Assembly: GCA_964035545.1 (NCBI GenBank)
Contig: OZ037769.1
Location: forward strand, 11,686,633-11,750,632
Source: Bugula neritina
Lineage: Eukaryota; Animalia; Bryozoa
DNA length: 64,000 nucleotides
Reading direction: 5' to 3'
The translations under genes were made by a program, and so were the position numbers. Positions within the stretch are counted from its first letter, which is position 1. Each line of letters opens with the position of its first letter. The notes under the pieces were generated by a model. The model made no database searches. It was not told the origin of the DNA and saw only the letters and a list, made by a program, of their open reading frames with translations. Positions 62,201 through 64,000 of the stretch are shown piece after piece.

Positions 62201-63308
62201 ATTTTACCTAATTTTGTGTACACTCGATGACTTTAGTTTTGGCGATTTTTTACAATTTAGCTGTTATTGTATATAAATTTTTGCCTCAAACTATTAAAAT
62301 TTTAACAAATAAAACTGAATAATTAAGGCTTTTTCAATTATGCATGATTTTCTATGTTTTTTCCTAATTTATTAGTACATTGAGATATTATATGGACCGT
62401 GATGGTTCACAAATATATATTTAACTCGTATGACATGACGCAGCGCTTAAATGTTGCAGGACCTCTTCCCAGTTTTTTTTGCTATGCATAGTTAGAATCA
62501 GCAAATTCTATTACTCTTTGTAGTAAGTGTTAATGAATTTTGAGCAAACATTAAAATTTTTGATCATAATCTGCTGATGCGTGCTAAATAAAGTAAAATG
62601 GCCCAAATTCATTAAATGCTCTTGTGGAAGCCAACAATCATGCAAAACAAGGAGATATGGCTATTCTTATAGTACATCTATCCCATGCACAGAGTTCTGT
62701 CCTTGTGAAGCAGTAACAGGAGTGTGCTGCAATGAACTAACATTTCTAACAAATGCTAATGATGGAAAAAAAAAGTGTTTAATATGAACATGAGCGAAAG
62801 TTTTTCACATCTGTATGATTATATATATGTTCCATTTTATCTTCAGCTGAGCAATATGCCTGTGTATCTTTTTCACTTTTTATTCACTGGCAATAAGCAA
62901 TGTTTTTCTTTATATATCTGTCCAAAAAATTATTCAAAAACCTTGTATCATTTCTCTGCACCATATGTGATGTTTTATTGAAGCAATTCCAATTTTTGAG
63001 CTGAGCAACATGTTTCTTGGTTTTTTACCTTGATTAATTTTGCACTGGCATGGCAGATATTCATTCCAAAAATGCACATCTATTTGAATCATCAAAAAAA
63101 TTTGGTTTTTGCAACATAATATAGACTTTATGCCTATTAGATTACGGTTTTTTCATAATTGGCGGCCATCTTGGATTTCTCGAAATGCTGAAGGGTGGCA
63201 GGTCCACACCCACCTGGAAACATTTACCTGGACCCTCAAGATAAATAATAAAGAGAGAAAAACACTTTATGCGAGATTGCGAACCTAACCCCCAGTTCTG
63301 CCAGACTA
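59201..63308 (+). mobile_element. Decayed Academ (AcademX-type) DNA transposon
   Basis: TAGTCTGGCAGAA...TTCTGCCAGACTA termini; imperfect TIRs of about 150 bp (59201-59359, 63160-63308); broken coding remnants KKFSQNARGLRILVEDLL, REEDWALHL, IIGIT, XPG-like HGLSSKCDTV...IGKG, LPPTDEA, and C-terminal Cys cluster CSCGSQQSC...CTEFCPC. No TSD visible. Confidence 0.78.
61290..61717 (+). mobile_element. 5'-truncated, decayed RTE-clade LINE fragment inside the Academ element
   Basis: YGYQTWPLT...EMRML, then QWYGHVHRR...RKRGRPKKRLMDTVKDD, the typical RTE C-terminus. Confidence 0.78.
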
Positions 63309-64000
63309 TTTCTCACAAATTAAGTTCTAACTTCTTCCCAGCCGTCTCAAGATCCTCTTCCTGTGCATCTATACCTGCAGTTCCGGTCAACAAGGAAATA
63401 CTTTCATAATTAGTTTAGCAGATATTTTTCTTCAGCTATGAACTTGAGTAAAAATAAAAAAGCTATGAAGTGATGCATTTAATAGTTTTCAGCAATGAGT
63501 GTATCTTTATTTCAATTTATTATCCATGCAATTCTTTTTCAATCTTATACATGCTTATTTATTTGATTTTTGCAAACCAATTTTGAGTTGTTTTGTTAAT
63601 TTGAAAATATTATTCCATGTGTCTGTCAAATGCACTCCAAGCGCCCGTTAGACACATACAGGTTTTAAAACACTTAACAACAAGTAGCAAACAAAATATG
63701 TAATATTTTATCTATGTAGCAGTAGGAATAAGAATATTATAATGAATTACTGCAAAATTTCATTTAAAGAAAGCTGTATAGATTGCTATAATGATCAATA
63801 GTAATGTATTCTATTTATGTTCAATTTAATCAAAACTAGGTATAACATTGTTTCCGCACACGTATATGTGTAGATGAAGCTGAATAGCTTAACTTACCCA
63901 TACCTAGAGCAATGCACGTGGCAGCTTGGCACAAAAACATAGTACATGAGGTTTTGATCAATTAAGCCATGTTATTTAAAACAGAAGTAAATATATTTAC

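Overview
AT-rich, intron-rich animal (invertebrate-like) genomic DNA. A 20-exon phospholipase C delta-type gene (about 944 aa, catalytic residues intact) lies on the minus strand from 38483 to 1123. Its largest intron (9081-22558) holds a nested set of elements. The outer one is a Kolobok-type DNA transposon (9474-21784, TTAA target duplication, AG...CT ends) carrying a spliced THAP gene with no visible catalytic domain and a convergent spliced KolX / P2X7-ballast-like gene. The first intron of that KolX-like gene contains a full-length Ty3/Gypsy LTR retrotransposon (10498-17981) with apparently identical 305-bp LTRs, a tRNA-Leu PBS, a -1 frameshift signal, three lesions in gag/pol, and an intact third ORF in the env position that looks like a zinc-finger transcription regulator. 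Further right are a FAM124-like gene (minus), a two-exon PLBD2-like fragment, a hierarchical 441+71n-bp satellite and a decayed Academ transposon containing an RTE LINE fragment. Four TSD-flanked copies of one tRNA-derived SINE and many minisatellites are present, several of them duplicating splice sites. A candidate pre-miRNA with a miR-92-type seed is at 30941-31025. All family assignments come from motifs read by eye; no database searches were run.
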